From Azolla caroliniana (lineage: Eukaryota > Plantae > Polypodiophyta): 64,000 nt of DNA. The stretch lies in NCBI GenBank assembly GCA_043228905.1, contig JBHGNT010000002.1, positions 24,180,001-24,244,000 of the forward strand, given 5' to 3'. The notes under the pieces are model-generated. The model ran no database searches. It worked only from the letters and a program-made list of their open reading frames with translations, and was not told the DNA's origin. The translations under genes and the position numbers were made by a program. Positions 1 through 11,336 of the stretch are shown here, piece by piece (within the stretch, counting starts at the first letter, position 1; each line of letters starts with the position of its first letter).

Positions 1-49
1 GTTTCTCCTTGAAGATGTTATTTGTCGATACGGATGTGTCGGCAAAATA

Positions 50-799
50 GTGGCCGATAGAGGAGAATTAGATGCGAATGAAGCTAAAGAGTTCTTTTCA
101 AGAATAGGCGTCAAATTATCGCTCACCATGGCATACAACCCGGACGCAAATGGGAAGGTAGAACGAGGACATAGTCCAATTGTAAAAGCTTTAGCAAAGT
201 CTTGCGATGGCAAAATGGGAAATTGGCCACGATTACTACCTTATGCATTGTGGGCAGATAGAACTACACATAGCACGACTACGGGATATATGCCCGCCGA
301 ACTCATATTAGGACAAAAACCAATAATGCCTATTAAGCAAAGTGTTGCTTCATGGACGTCTTTGCCATTGCAAGAGGAAATGAGTCAGGAAGACTTGCTA
401 GCCACGAGGATTCAACAATTAGAACGAAGGTCCGAAGATGTCGAGTTGGCAATAGAATGGTTGTGCCAAGCTCGATTGAAGAACAAGGAGAATTTTGATA
501 GAAAGCATCGTCTTCGACAAAGAAAAATTGAAGAAGGAGATTGGGTTCTTGTCTATGATAGTAATCTCGATAATCAATATAGCACTACTCGAAAGTTTGC
601 AAAACGATGTTTTGGCCCGTATATGGTCAAGAAAATAGAAAGCAATGCAACCTATTTTTTAGCGAAGTTAGATGGAACTCGACTTGCTTTGCCAATAGCA
701 GGGAAGAGGATCAAGATCTTTAAGAGAAGAGAAGCCCCAAATCTTGAGATCAAAGATCTAGATGATGTATCCTCGAACATCGAGGTTGAAGAAGAGTAA
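50..799 (+). CDS. Ty3/gypsy integrase, C-terminal half (element G1; ORF enters from before the window)
   Basis: Core motifs ADRGE (second D) and AYNPDANGKVERGH (E), WPRLLPYALWADRTT, and a GPY/F-like FGPYMV module. Homologous to IN remnants of element F (27660-28015, 40250-40560). Confidence 0.9.
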   Translation: MADRGELDANEAKEFFSRIGVKLSLTMAYNPDANGKVERGHSPIVKALAKSCDGKMGNWPRLLPYALWADRTTHSTTTGYMPAELILGQKPIMPIKQSVASWTSLPLQEEMSQEDLLATRIQQLERRSEDVELAIEWLCQARLKNKENFDRKHRLRQRKIEEGDWVLVYDSNLDNQYSTTRKFAKRCFGPYMVKKIESNATYFLAKLDGTRLALPIAGKRIKIFKRREAPNLEIKDLDDVSSNIEVEEE

Positions 800-865
800 T
801 TAAAAAAGAGGAACCTCACCACAATTGGTACATACCGGTGGATGTGCAGGTTTGGTGGGGGTGAA

Positions 866-1686
866 TGTCGTGTGGTTTTTCACACACGATATGAAAACTA
901 GTAAAATAATTATTTACAGTTAGCTTAATATATGGATATGGAAAGATAGATGTGTTCAAGAGTTTCATAGAGTATTTTACTACGCATAAAACAGATAAAC
1001 AAGTATCAAGTTATGTGAGTGTGAAGTTTGAAGAAAAGAAAAGAAAAGACAAAACTGTGAGATATCCCACATAGATAGGACAACATTGGAACCCAGAATA
1101 TATAAGGGAAACCAAAACATATTCACTCTATCAATGTGTGGAGCATAGAATGTTCAAGGTGACTTGGGCTACATTATGTGGTCTGCACGCTTTAGGCATA
1201 CGCGCGTGTGCATGGCCGCATCGACGTTTTCGGACGTACGCGCGGACAGACGTCTTCGGATATACGCGCACGTGCAAGTTTTAGGCGTACGCGTGGACGT
1301 TTTGGACGGACGCGTGTGTGCGCACGCGTGGATGCGTACACTACTACGCTGTTGGGACTTTTGCGCGCGGACGCATCTACGGTTTGGTTGCAACGCACAT
1401 ACGAATTGCGCACGGGCTAAACTTTATGGATGAGTGTGTCATTTGGCCGAATTATACGGACAATCACATGCAACCAAAAGCCAAGGCCATGCAAGTAAAA
1501 ATAGAGGCCATCCAACTAAAAGTGGGCATGAAAAGTAACATTGGGGAGGAGGATCAACGAGGAGCTCGATATATGTCCCATTTTTTCCCTCCTAGTTTTT
1601 TTTTTCCCTTCTTTCTTCTTCCCTCTCGGATTCGAGAAACAAATTATCTCACATATTGATATCAAACTCCTGCAATGTTCACGACA
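866..1686 (+). repeat. 3' LTR of Ty3/gypsy element G1
   Basis: Follows G-rich PPT (ggtttggtgggggtgaa, 849-865). Terminal inverted repeat TGTCGTG...CACGACA. Copia coding sequence resumes at CCGG (1687). Confidence 0.85.
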
Positions 1687-4142
1687 CCGGCAATGTTCCG
1701 TTCGGTGAAAGAGGTAAGCAAACATACATTAAAAATGTCTTGCATGTTCCCACCATCACGAAGAATTTGGTCTCGGTCAGCCAAATGGTTGAGCAAGGGA
1801 TGCAAGTACGATTCGACCAAGAAGGGTGCTTTATCGAAAAGGAAGGCCGAATCATCGCACGCGGAAGAAGAGAGAGCCGGATGTTTATTCTCGATTCACA
1901 CGAGATGAAATCCGCCATGTTCGCAAAAAGCACGAAAGCCGACTCCAACATAGAGCTATGGCATAAGCGAATCGGCCACATCAATCTCAACAAAATCAAA
2001 GCAATGAAATCGAAAGGAGTCGTCATCGGACTCCTGACATTCAAAGAGAAGGAGATTGAAGGTGTATGCGAAGCGTGCCAATTCGGCAAGCAACACCGAC
2101 ATCCATTCCCGAAAGAGCGGAACGTGAGCAAAGGTCTACTCGACGTAGTCCATTCCAACGTATGGGGACTGGCTCAAATGGCGACATCCGCCGATATTAC
2201 ATTCTCTTCATCGATGACTTTTCTAGGCACACTTGGATCTACCCGATGCGGCAAAAGAGCGAAGTGTTCGGACACTTCCAAACATTCAAGAATGAAGTCA
2301 ATAAAGATATGGGTCGACATGTACGTTGTCTTTGATCGGATGGCGGCAAGGAGTACTTCTCGGACGATTTCACGGCGTATCTCTGAAAGGAAGGAATTTG
2401 GTGAGAATTCACTTGTCGACGCACTCCGCAACAAAACGGAGTAGCCGAGCGCAAAAATCGGCACATCCTCGAAGTAGCGTGGGCCATGATGAACGAGAAG
2501 CATATGCCCAAGTCATATTGGGCCGAAGCTGCAAATACGGTCGTCTACCTAATGAATCGATGCACAACATCCGGCGTGCACGAGGTCACTCCTCACGAAA
2601 AATACTTCGGAAAGAAGCCAGACTTATCACACATCCGGATATTTGGCGCGATAGCGTACGTGCACATCCCTGACGAGAAGCACCAAAAGCTTGATCCGAA
2701 GTCGGAGAAATGTATCCTCGTAGGATACTCAGTGGAGCAAAAGGGGTACAACTACTACAACCCCTCAACTCGAAAATCTCGCGTAAGTGGAGACGTCATT
2801 TTCGACGAGTTTGCATCCTGGTACGCACCAGAGATAACTCCGACTCCAACTCCGCTCGACCCGGAATCCACCGAACAAGAGATAGAGGATGAAGATCGCC
2901 TTACGCGCATGTTCGAAGAAAGTCCGATCACGACCCGACTGAGCGGACCACAAGATCCTTTGAGCGATCAAAGCACATCACGGCCTAATCGAAGATGGAC
3001 AAGGGCAAGGCGAAAATGGCGGAATACGCAGATGATCGTTTCGACGACGATGAGTCGACTCACTCACTTGACAGTGAGTTCGGCGGCTTCAATGTACCAA
3101 TCGGAGCTAAGAAAGCCCTCATCTCCGCAAATGAAAAGCTCCGTCGCTCTACCCGTGAAAAGAACCCCGTAAGCCGATTCGGCTACAACGATTATATGGC
3201 GTACCATTACGCCTTTATGATGAAGGTAGCGACAGTACGGGAGCCGAAAACCTTTCCGGAAGCCGCGAAGGACCCGCGATGGATCGAAGCAATGAATGAG
3301 GAGATGCAGGCACTACGGAAGAACGAGACGTGGGATCTCGTTTCCACCTCACCACACAAAAAGGCGATCGGATGCAGATGGATCTCCAAGGTGAAGTATA
3401 ACGCTGATGGCTCCGTAAACCGCTACAAAGCTCAACTCGTAGAGAAAGGATACGCTCAGACACATGGCGTCGACTACGAAGAGACCTTTGCCCCGGTGGC
3501 AAAGATGACGACGGTGCGGACCGTAATTGCACTTGCCGCGGCGAAAGGGTGGCACCTCCATCAAATGGACGTCAAGAACTCCTTTCTACAAGGCGAATTA
3601 GAAGAGGTGTACATGATCCAACCACCCGGATTCAACTCGAGCACCCATCCGAAAGCTGTATGCCGACTCAAGAAGCCACTCTACGGCCTCAAGCAAGCAC
3701 CGCGTGCTTGGCATTCGAAAATAACGCAATATCTTCATCAAATCGGCTTCCGTATGTCAAAATCGGACAACTCCCTCTACATACAAAGCGATTCCACAAG
3801 TCTAATCGTCATCATTTTATATGTGGATGACCTAGTCATTGGAGGTGAGCATCTCGTTGAATTCAATAAGGTCAAATCCCTCCTTTCTGACAAGTTCGAG
3901 ATGACGGACATGAAGGAGCTCCACTACTTCCTCGGCATCGAGGTAATTTGGACTCCGGCCGGTATGATGATCTCTCAACGGCACACATCCTCAACTTACT
4001 ATACAAGTTCGGGATGGCTGAGTGCAAATCCGTGGCAACCCCGCTCGATCGTAATCTCAAACTAGATGCGAACTCCGGCACCAAAGCGTGTGAGCCGACT
4101 CAGTATCCGCAACTCATCGGGAGTCTCATCTACCCCACGATC
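1687..4142 (+). pseudogene. copia A pol (PR end-IN-RT), frameshifted
   Basis: ORFs 1656-2444, 2066-2335, 2486-3172, 2995-4065 and 3948-4214 are consecutive pol pieces in different frames. Confidence 0.9.
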
Positions 4143-4566
4143 TATCATGATATGGCAAGACTCGAACCCATGACCTTATGCTACATGGGTCGAGATCTTA
4201 ACATTAGACTATGAATTGTAATTTGTAAGATATTATTTTCATTTATGCTTTATCATAGAAAATTGATGTATATTCCAGATCTCTCTGGAACATTCTAGAA
4301 GCTTCAGGATTATTCCTAAAAACACTATAAAAGGAGACACAAGGCATTGTTTTGAACCAAATTGGTTCAACACCAGTCTTAAGCCTCTTAGCCGATTTGT
4401 ACTAATCTTTCATATAATATAAGAGCTGTTGTCATCATCCTATCTCTCTCTCTCCTCTTCTCACTTCCTCTCTCTCGGGAATCTTATGCAGTCCCATCCT
4501 CTTAGTACTAATAGTACTACTCTTCTTAGTACTAATTCCATCTCTGCTTTAGTACTATTCCTGACA
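4143..4566 (+). repeat. chromovirus 5' LTR
   Basis: Near-identical to 16635-17060; TATAAAA at 4326. Confidence 0.95.
4150..4213 (-). promoter_or_regulatory. tRNA-like Pol III A/B-box module in chromovirus U3 (second copy 16642-16704)
   Basis: Minus strand of the 3' LTR copy reads TAGTCTAATGGTAAGAT...AAGGTCATGGGTTCGAGTC. A-box to B-box spacing of 43 nt as in tRNA, with an AGGTC variable loop. Confidence 0.65.
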
Positions 4567-4580
4567 GTTTGAACCAATTT
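4567..4580 (+). promoter_or_regulatory. self-priming primer-binding site (no tRNA PBS)
   Basis: TTGAACCAATTT (4569-4580) is the exact reverse complement of AAATTGGTTCAA (4359-4370), 33 nt after the LTR TATA box. Confidence 0.75.
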
Positions 4581-5261
4581 TCCTCTTTCCTCCAGCCTAC
4601 TTGTCGTTCTCCCTCATCCTCCTACCCTTTTCCCTCTACTATGGCTACTGTTAGCGCCCAAAAATATCAATCCGTTTTCTCTGAGTTATAGTGCCTAAAA
4701 GAAAAGTTTGTTGCCCTGGAACAAGAAAACCAACGACTGATAGGGGATCTGCAACAAATCGCTCTAGAAAAGCAACAAACGCAGCAACAGCATGGGGAGT
4801 TAGCGTTGTCGCGAAGATTCGCGCGTGCGTGTGCTACTCGAGCGACCACCGGGGTCTTGGACTGGGGAGGACGTTCGCGGAATTATCGACGCTAGATGAA
4901 GATCAATGTAAGATTAGATGAAATTGGTTTACTTGAGAAGAAGAAAGATTGTACACTTGAGAAGTAGAAAAATATGAAGAAGATAAAGACAAATATAATT
5001 ATATTGATGATAATGGTGTTGGTGATATCACATATTGAGCCCCCCCTTACACAAGCCCAACTAGAGGCTTTTATAGGTCTTTCCATGCTTGTGACATGCA
5101 CAAAACCATGGGCTAAAACCATGGTTTTGTGCACACGGTTTTGCTTATGTCATGAACAAACCATGGGTTTAAAACCATGGTTTTGTGCACATGGTTTTCT
5201 ATGGTTGTTTCGTCTATAATTTGTATATGAAAAGGAAATACATAAAATTTACACTATATGA

Positions 5262-5330
5262 TAGTTGTCCTAGTGGTAAGGCAATTATCTTGTATCTTAG
5301 AGGTGCAAGGTTCAAACCTTTGCTTGCACC
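5262..5330 (+). promoter_or_regulatory. tRNA-like Pol III A/B-box module in K1 U3 (second copy 8143-8211)
   Basis: GTCCTAGTGGTAAGGC...GAGGTG CAAGG TTCAAAC CTTTG: D-loop AGTGGTA and an intact T-arm stem-loop. Confidence 0.65.
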
Positions 5331-5418
5331 CCTTTGTATGAACTCAAGTGCCACTAGGCCTTAGGAGGCTTATTTGCTAAGTGTATGTGCAATGTTGCAC
5401 ATCCTTGGTTTATTCGTC

Positions 5419-7644
5419 TCACTCGGTTTCACACCGTAGCCGAAAATCGTCACGACATCCACCCCCACCAAACCCGCACATCCTCCGGTATGTGCCGAGA
5501 AAGGTGAAGAGGTGAGATCTTTGGCAACAGTGATCAACCGAGTTCCTCTGCACGCTCGTCGACTTCGTCTTCCACTTCGAGTATGCGCAATCTTTCCAAC
5601 CGAACCACCGTAGCCACCCGATCCACCATATCCGGCGCTCACACCTTCTTCCCCGATCGGTTGTAGTAGATCTACCGAACGATGTCGTCGATACGACCGC
5701 TCTTCCTTCGTCCACCGCGCGTGTCCTTCGATTGGACTCCTGGCCACTCCTCACGCTCACCGTCTTCAACTGGGTATTGTAGATCGTTCGTGTCGATCTC
5801 CGATTAGGCCGGGTTTGCCCTTGTCCGGATCGGTCTCCACCGATCGCTTCTTGGCTTGATTGGCCTTCGTCTGTATTCACATTTCGCCGAGTCGGGCTCG
5901 ACCAATTGATTCCTGCCGGGTCGGCCCCCTTTTGGATCGGGATTGTCCGATTGATTTCGTCCGAATCAGGTTTCGGTCGGGTCAGCCCCAGTCGATCGGC
6001 TCCCATGTGGATCTTCCTTCGTTCGGGCCGGAATCCTAGCCGGATTGTCTTCCGGTTCGACCGGTTCTCGACTCTTCCTTCCTTCCCGCATGACGCCTCT
6101 CCATCGAACTCAACCGCGGCTTCATCCTTGGCTTCCTCATCGACCATATCCTTCCCTCCATGTATGCTCGCCGCGAGCCATATTGTCTCCTCTTCGCCAC
6201 CTCCTTTATCTTCGGTCTTATGCCGACACACGGTCTCGACTGCCGAAGTCTCCGGAACCGGTGTGAAGGAATCCCTTCGCTCATGCACATTTACCTTGTC
6301 TTCTTCATCGCCCTTCCGGTCGTCCTCTTTCTTGTCCACACATTCCGTCTCTCCGGTCTCACGTTGGCGCACGTGCACAACCGCCGAAGTCTCTAGATTA
6401 GGTGTGGGGATATCCTTTCTTCCACGATCTTCTTCCTCCTTGTGTTGGGCCTTCGTCTTCCCGTCACCACCTTCCGTCTCTCCGGTCTCACGTTGGCACA
6501 TGGGCGCAACCGCCGAAGTCTCTAGAACAATCGTGGAGAAAGTCTTGACATGGCTATCCGTTGTCGACTCGTGCATAGCCACCTCCGACTCGATGTCGTT
6601 TGTCATGGCTACCTCCTCAATCTCTTCAAACTCAAACACTTTTTCTCCCTCGATCATGCAAGCTTTTCTCATGCTTGCGCCGTCATCACCCGATGTTTTG
6701 TACACAATGCGTGTTCCAAAACATTTATCCTCCCTCGAAGTGGCGTTCGCCGTCCTCGAGTCATCAGACTCCTCCTTCGCCGTCGTTTCTTTGTAAGACA
6801 AGAAGGTGACTTGTTTCACACCTTCTCTCTCGGTACCGTCATACCGAACCAGAGCCTTTGTATCGGCCACTTCATTAACCCGCATTTGTTGGGAGGTCTC
6901 TTCTTCCTCGATCACCATTCGCCTCGGTTTTGTCTCCCTTTTAAGCTTCATTTCTTTTGTTGGTGGCGCGTTGTTGCATCTCGTCCCTCTTCAATCGTCC
7001 CTCATGGGCCGTCTTGTTGTCGTCGATATTCTCGCTTGCCCCTTATCGTGTAGTCGGCATACACTTTCCACTTTGCTCCAATCCTCGATGAGGCCATTTG
7101 CACCATCATCTTCTTCGAGTTTGAGACCGATCGCCATCCTTTCCATTCGATCGATTGACTTCACGAACATAAGGACCTTATCGACCCCCACCAATCTTTG
7201 TTCCCGCTCCGACAATTGAGAAAAATGATGCTCGAAGTCTACGAATGCTTGTGTCGCGCCTTGGTGGGTCTTCGCTGATGTCACCCATTGGTCGTAGTTG
7301 CGTTGATCTTGTCCCTTTAGTCTCTCATAGTCATATTCCTCCAATAGAGCCTTCTCGAAAGTCGCCCACGAATCATGAGCTTCTAGAAGCTCTTTTACAT
7401 CTTTGAAGATCGGTTGAGACACCACCCGACAAAAGTACTCTAGCCTCATAGCTTTGTCCACACCTCTTGAATCCATCTCCGCATTGTAGACTTTTAGGAA
7501 ACTTTGGACTTCGGCACCGTTGAAATAGCTCATTCGTTCGACTACCTTATCGACGGCTTGTTGGGCTTCATTTCTTCTTTTCCCTTCTCTCAGAAACTCC
7601 ATCATCCTTTTTGACATTGCCTCCATGAGATATTCGCCATCCAT
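5419..7644 (-). CDS. K1 Gag fused to a long acidic/low-complexity extension (about 740 codons, one in-frame TGA at 6991-6993)
   Basis: ORFs 6991-7644 and 5419-6951 are in the same frame. The N-terminal part is homologous to J gag (FNG...FLKVYNAEM, DKVLMFVKSID, GLIEDW). Confidence 0.75.
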
Positions 7645-7665
7645 CTTCGTCCTCCCCTGTTGCTC

Positions 7666-7683
7666 TTCACGTCGGGTTCACCA
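7666..7683 (-). promoter_or_regulatory. PBS complementary to tRNA-Trp 3' end
   Basis: TGGTGAACCCGACGTGAA matches the complement of the last 18 nt of plant cytosolic tRNA-Trp as I recall it. Same motif at 14074-14091, 61796-61813 and, with 2 mismatches, 42894-42911. Confidence 0.8.
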
Positions 7684-10600
7684 AATGATGTTGCGAAGAT
7701 TCGCGCGTGCGTGTGCTACTCGAGCGACCACCGGGGTCTTGGACTGGGGAGGACGTTTGCGGAATTATCGAACCTAGATGACGATCAATGTAAGATTAGA
7801 TGAAATTGGTTTACTTGAGAAGAAGAAAGATTGTACACTTGAGAAGTAGAAAAATATGAAGAAGATAAAGACAAATATAATTATATTGATGATAATGGTG
7901 TTGGTGATATCACATATTGAGCCCCCCCTTACACAAGCCCAACTAGAGGCTTTTATAGGTCTTTCCATGCTTGTGACATGCACAAAACCATGGGCTAAAA
8001 CCATGTTTTGTGCACACGGTTTTGCTTATGTCATGCACAAACCATGGGTTTAAAACCATGGTTTTGTGCACATGGTTTCGTATGGTTGTTTCGTCTATAA
8101 TTTGTATATGAAAAGGAAATACATAAAATTTACACTATATGATAGTTGTCCTAGTGGTAAGGCAATTATCTTGTATCTTAGAGGTGCAAGGTTCAAACCT
8201 TTGCTTGCACCCCTCTGTATGAACTCAAGTGCCACTAGGCCTTAGGAGGCTTATTTGCTAAGTGTATGTGCAATGTTGCACATCCTTGGTTTATTCGTCT
8301 CACTCGGTTTCACACCGTAGCCGAAAATCGTCACGACAGCGTTATGGGTGCAACAACTCGAAGCGGCATTGCAACAACAAGGATCAAGTCCCCAAGGATT
8401 TCATAAAGAGCCGAAGATTGGACTTCCTATGAAATTTGATGGAACGCGATCGCAATTCAGGGATTCCTTAATCAGGTACGATTAGTCCTCCAAATGCATC
8501 CTTCCCGATACCCCACTGATGCATCCCGAGTCGGCTTAATAGGCATGTTGCTTAGCAGCTCAGCCTTAGCATGGTTTGCTCCTCTTCTAGAAAAACAATC
8601 GCCCTTGCTTAATAACTTTGAAGATTTTATTAGTGAGTTCAAAGCCTGCTTTGGAGACACCGACAGCATTAGGACGGCTATCAACAAGATCCGGCGATTG
8701 CGTTAAGGCGATCATCCAGCCTCTGCCTACGCGGCGGATTTCCGCCTACTCGCTTCCGACATTCCCTGGGATGATCAAGCACTAATGGAGCAGTTTCACT
8801 ATGGCCTGCGAAATGATGTCAAAGATCTACTTCTAACCTTCCCCGAAGAACCAAAGTCTCTTACAGAGGCAATCAGTCGAGCGGTCCGATGTGACAACCG
8901 CCTCTTCGAACGGCGTTCAGAACGTCAATTACAAATACCACGCGCTAGGCTGGAGCCCACTTACACCGCAGTCGCGGCTAGACCGTTTGCACGAGACATA
9001 CCTCAAGCAAATACTTCGACACCGATGGAGATCGATACCATGCGTTGACGCGGCCCGTTATCGGAAGAAGAAAAGCAACGACGACGTGCAAATTGATTAT
9101 GTCTTTATTGCGGTGGACTAGGGCATATCGCAATCAATTCTCCCCATAGGCCAAGAAGACAGGTAAATCAAATTGTAGCCTGTACTAAACCCGAGTCAAT
9201 TCTTCCCTTAGGAGTGTTTGATAGTATTAATAGTACTAATAGAGTGTTTGATAGTATTCATAGTACTAATAGCCCAAGTATCTCAAATAAATTTGAAATC
9301 CTTAGTCAATTAGATGAAGAGTTAAACGATTGAGTCCAGCCAAAATAGGAGCCGTTTGGTTGGACAACAGCCCTAGATCTGTACAGCCCATTAGTGGTTC
9401 CATTCCTTCCAAGCAAGTTAGCAATGTGTTCCTAGCCCAAGTCATTGTTAGTACTAAAAGTACTCCCCCAGTACCCGTCCTAGCACTTTTAGATTCCGGA
9501 GCTAATTCCTGTTTCATGGATCGAAATTTTGCCCAAGCTTCTCAAATATCCTTAAGAAAACTTCCTTGTCCCGCATCTGTAGTAGTCATTGATGGTCGTC
9601 CCATTGCTTCTGGGAATATTGTAGAAGAATCAGAACCCATTCAAGTTGTCCTAGGTAGTTTTGTGTGTGTAATATCATTTAATATAATTAGTAGTCCAGA
9701 GCATCCCATTGTCCTAGGATTACCTTGGTTTGAATTACATAATCCAGCCATAGATTGGAGAACAAGAGAAGTCCGATATCGACCACCCCAAGAATCAACT
9801 CACCAAGTTTCGACCATTTCGCTCCATCAACTACGCGAAGAAGGACCCAAGGAGGCAATGTTCCTATTTGCAATATCAGTACATCCTTCCAGCACTATTA
9901 AGGACTCCTCAGTACAACTTCCAGCAAAATATCATCCTTATGCCGATGTATTTGACAAGGTAAAAGCCGGTACCCTTCCTCATCACCGTCCCTATGACTG
10001 TCCCATCGATTTACAACCAGGAACCGAGCCACCATGGGGACCAATTTACAACTTGTCACCCACCAAGTTAGAAGTCCTTCGAGCCTACATAGAGGAGAAC
10101 TTGGCAAGCGGGTTCATCCGCCATTCGAAATCTCCGGCCGGTGCACCCATCTTCTTTGTCAAGAAGAAAGATGGCTCACTTCGTCCTGTTGTTGATTACC
10201 GCGGATTGAATAAAGTCACCATCCGGAATAGGTATGCACTTCCTCTTATATCAAGTCTTTTAGAGCGAGTTAATGGTGCCAAGTTTTTTACTAAAATTGA
10301 CCTACGAGGAGCGTATAACCTCGTGCGGATCCGACCGGGAGATGAGTGGAAGACCGCCTTTCGCACGCGGTATGGGCATTTCAAGTATACTGTTATGCCG
10401 TTTGGCCTAACCAATGCTCCCGCAGTCTTCCAACACATGGCAAATGATATATTCAGAGACCTCTTGGATATCTGTTTGATTAGTTATCTGGATGATCTAT
10501 TGATTTATTCGAAGACCCAGGAAGAGCACGATTCTCATGTACTATTAGTACTAAAGCGACTCCGTGAGAATGGTCTTTATGCCAAGCTAGAAAAATGTAG

Positions 10601-11336
10601 CTTTGACTGCAAGCAAGTGGAATTTCTAGGCTACGTCATCTCCTCAAAGGGCATCGCCATGGATCCAGCTAAAATCCAAACTGTACTAGAGTGGCAAATT
10701 CCACGGTCGGTACGAGATGTACAATGTTTTCTAGGTTTTGCTAACTTCTACCGTAAGTTTATACAGGATTACTCGAAGATTATTTTACCTCTCACACAAC
10801 TTATGAAGAAGGGCCAAGCATTTCTTTGGTCCATAGAAGCAGATATGGCTTTTCGGCATCTTAAGAAAGCCTTTACATCAGCACCGATTCCAGCTCATGT
10901 GGATACAAGCAAACCATTCATCATGGAGGCCGACGCATCAGATTTCGCCCTCGGTAGCATCCTTTCTCAACAAGGCGATAAAGAAGAGTTGCATCCGGTG
11001 GCTTTCCATTCGCGCAAATTCGATGTCGCAGAAATCAACTACGAAATACATAACAATGGTGGCATTTCTTAGAGGGCTCTCCACATCAGGTCATTGTCTT
11101 TAGCGATCATAAAAATCTTGCTTATTTTCAGAACGCTCGCGTACTAAATCGACGGCAAGCTCGGTGGGCGCAATTCCTCACGCGTTTCGACTTCAAAATC
11201 ACATATCGACCGGGGAAGCAACAAGGAAAACCAGATGCACTATCACGGCGTTCATATCTTGCACCTCGGCCTGGTGACGCAACATTTGATAATCAAAAGC
11301 AAGTAATCTTGGGACCAACACGATTGCACACGACGT

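Larger units (their letters stand above)
4807..8338 (-). mobile_element. Non-autonomous gag-only Ty3/gypsy element K1 (tRNA-Trp primed)
   Basis: LTRs 4807-5457 and 7689-8338 (about 10 differences by eye). 4-bp TSD GCGT. PBS 7666-7683, PPT 5458-5475. No PR/RT/RH/IN. Confidence 0.93.
4641..9333 (+). pseudogene. chromovirus gag (split by K1; stops and frameshift)
   Basis: ATG 4641; frame joins across the K1 TSD (GELALWVQQLE). Retrotrans_gag-like LLSSSALAWF...FKACFGD and EQFHYGLRNDVK. Decayed CCHC knuckle CLYCGGLGHIAIN. Confidence 0.85.

Noticed and set aside
1085-1140. tRNA-like module in the G1 LTR
   Set aside because: Only a weak B-box-like GGTTCCAAT on the minus strand, with no A box at the right distance. 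I saw no module in the F, H, solo or copia LTRs either.
4974-5219. Small hydrophobic or signal-peptide-like ORF (also 7856-8053)
   Set aside because: Lies in the AT-rich LTR, and the two LTR copies differ by a frameshift.
5906-6796. Long Ser-rich ORFs (also 12601-13227, 31861-32460, 37643-38242)
   Set aside because: Antisense shadows of Glu/Arg-rich TE frames.
6991-6993. Programmed stop read-through in K1 and J (62614) gag
   Set aside because: Both TGA codons are most simply CGA>TGA deamination; they are at different positions and K2 is open across the K1 site.
9212-9271. 30-bp tandem duplication and recurring TAGTACTA motifs in the chromovirus
   Set aside because: Real, but an in-frame slippage duplication in a low-complexity linker with no evidence of function.
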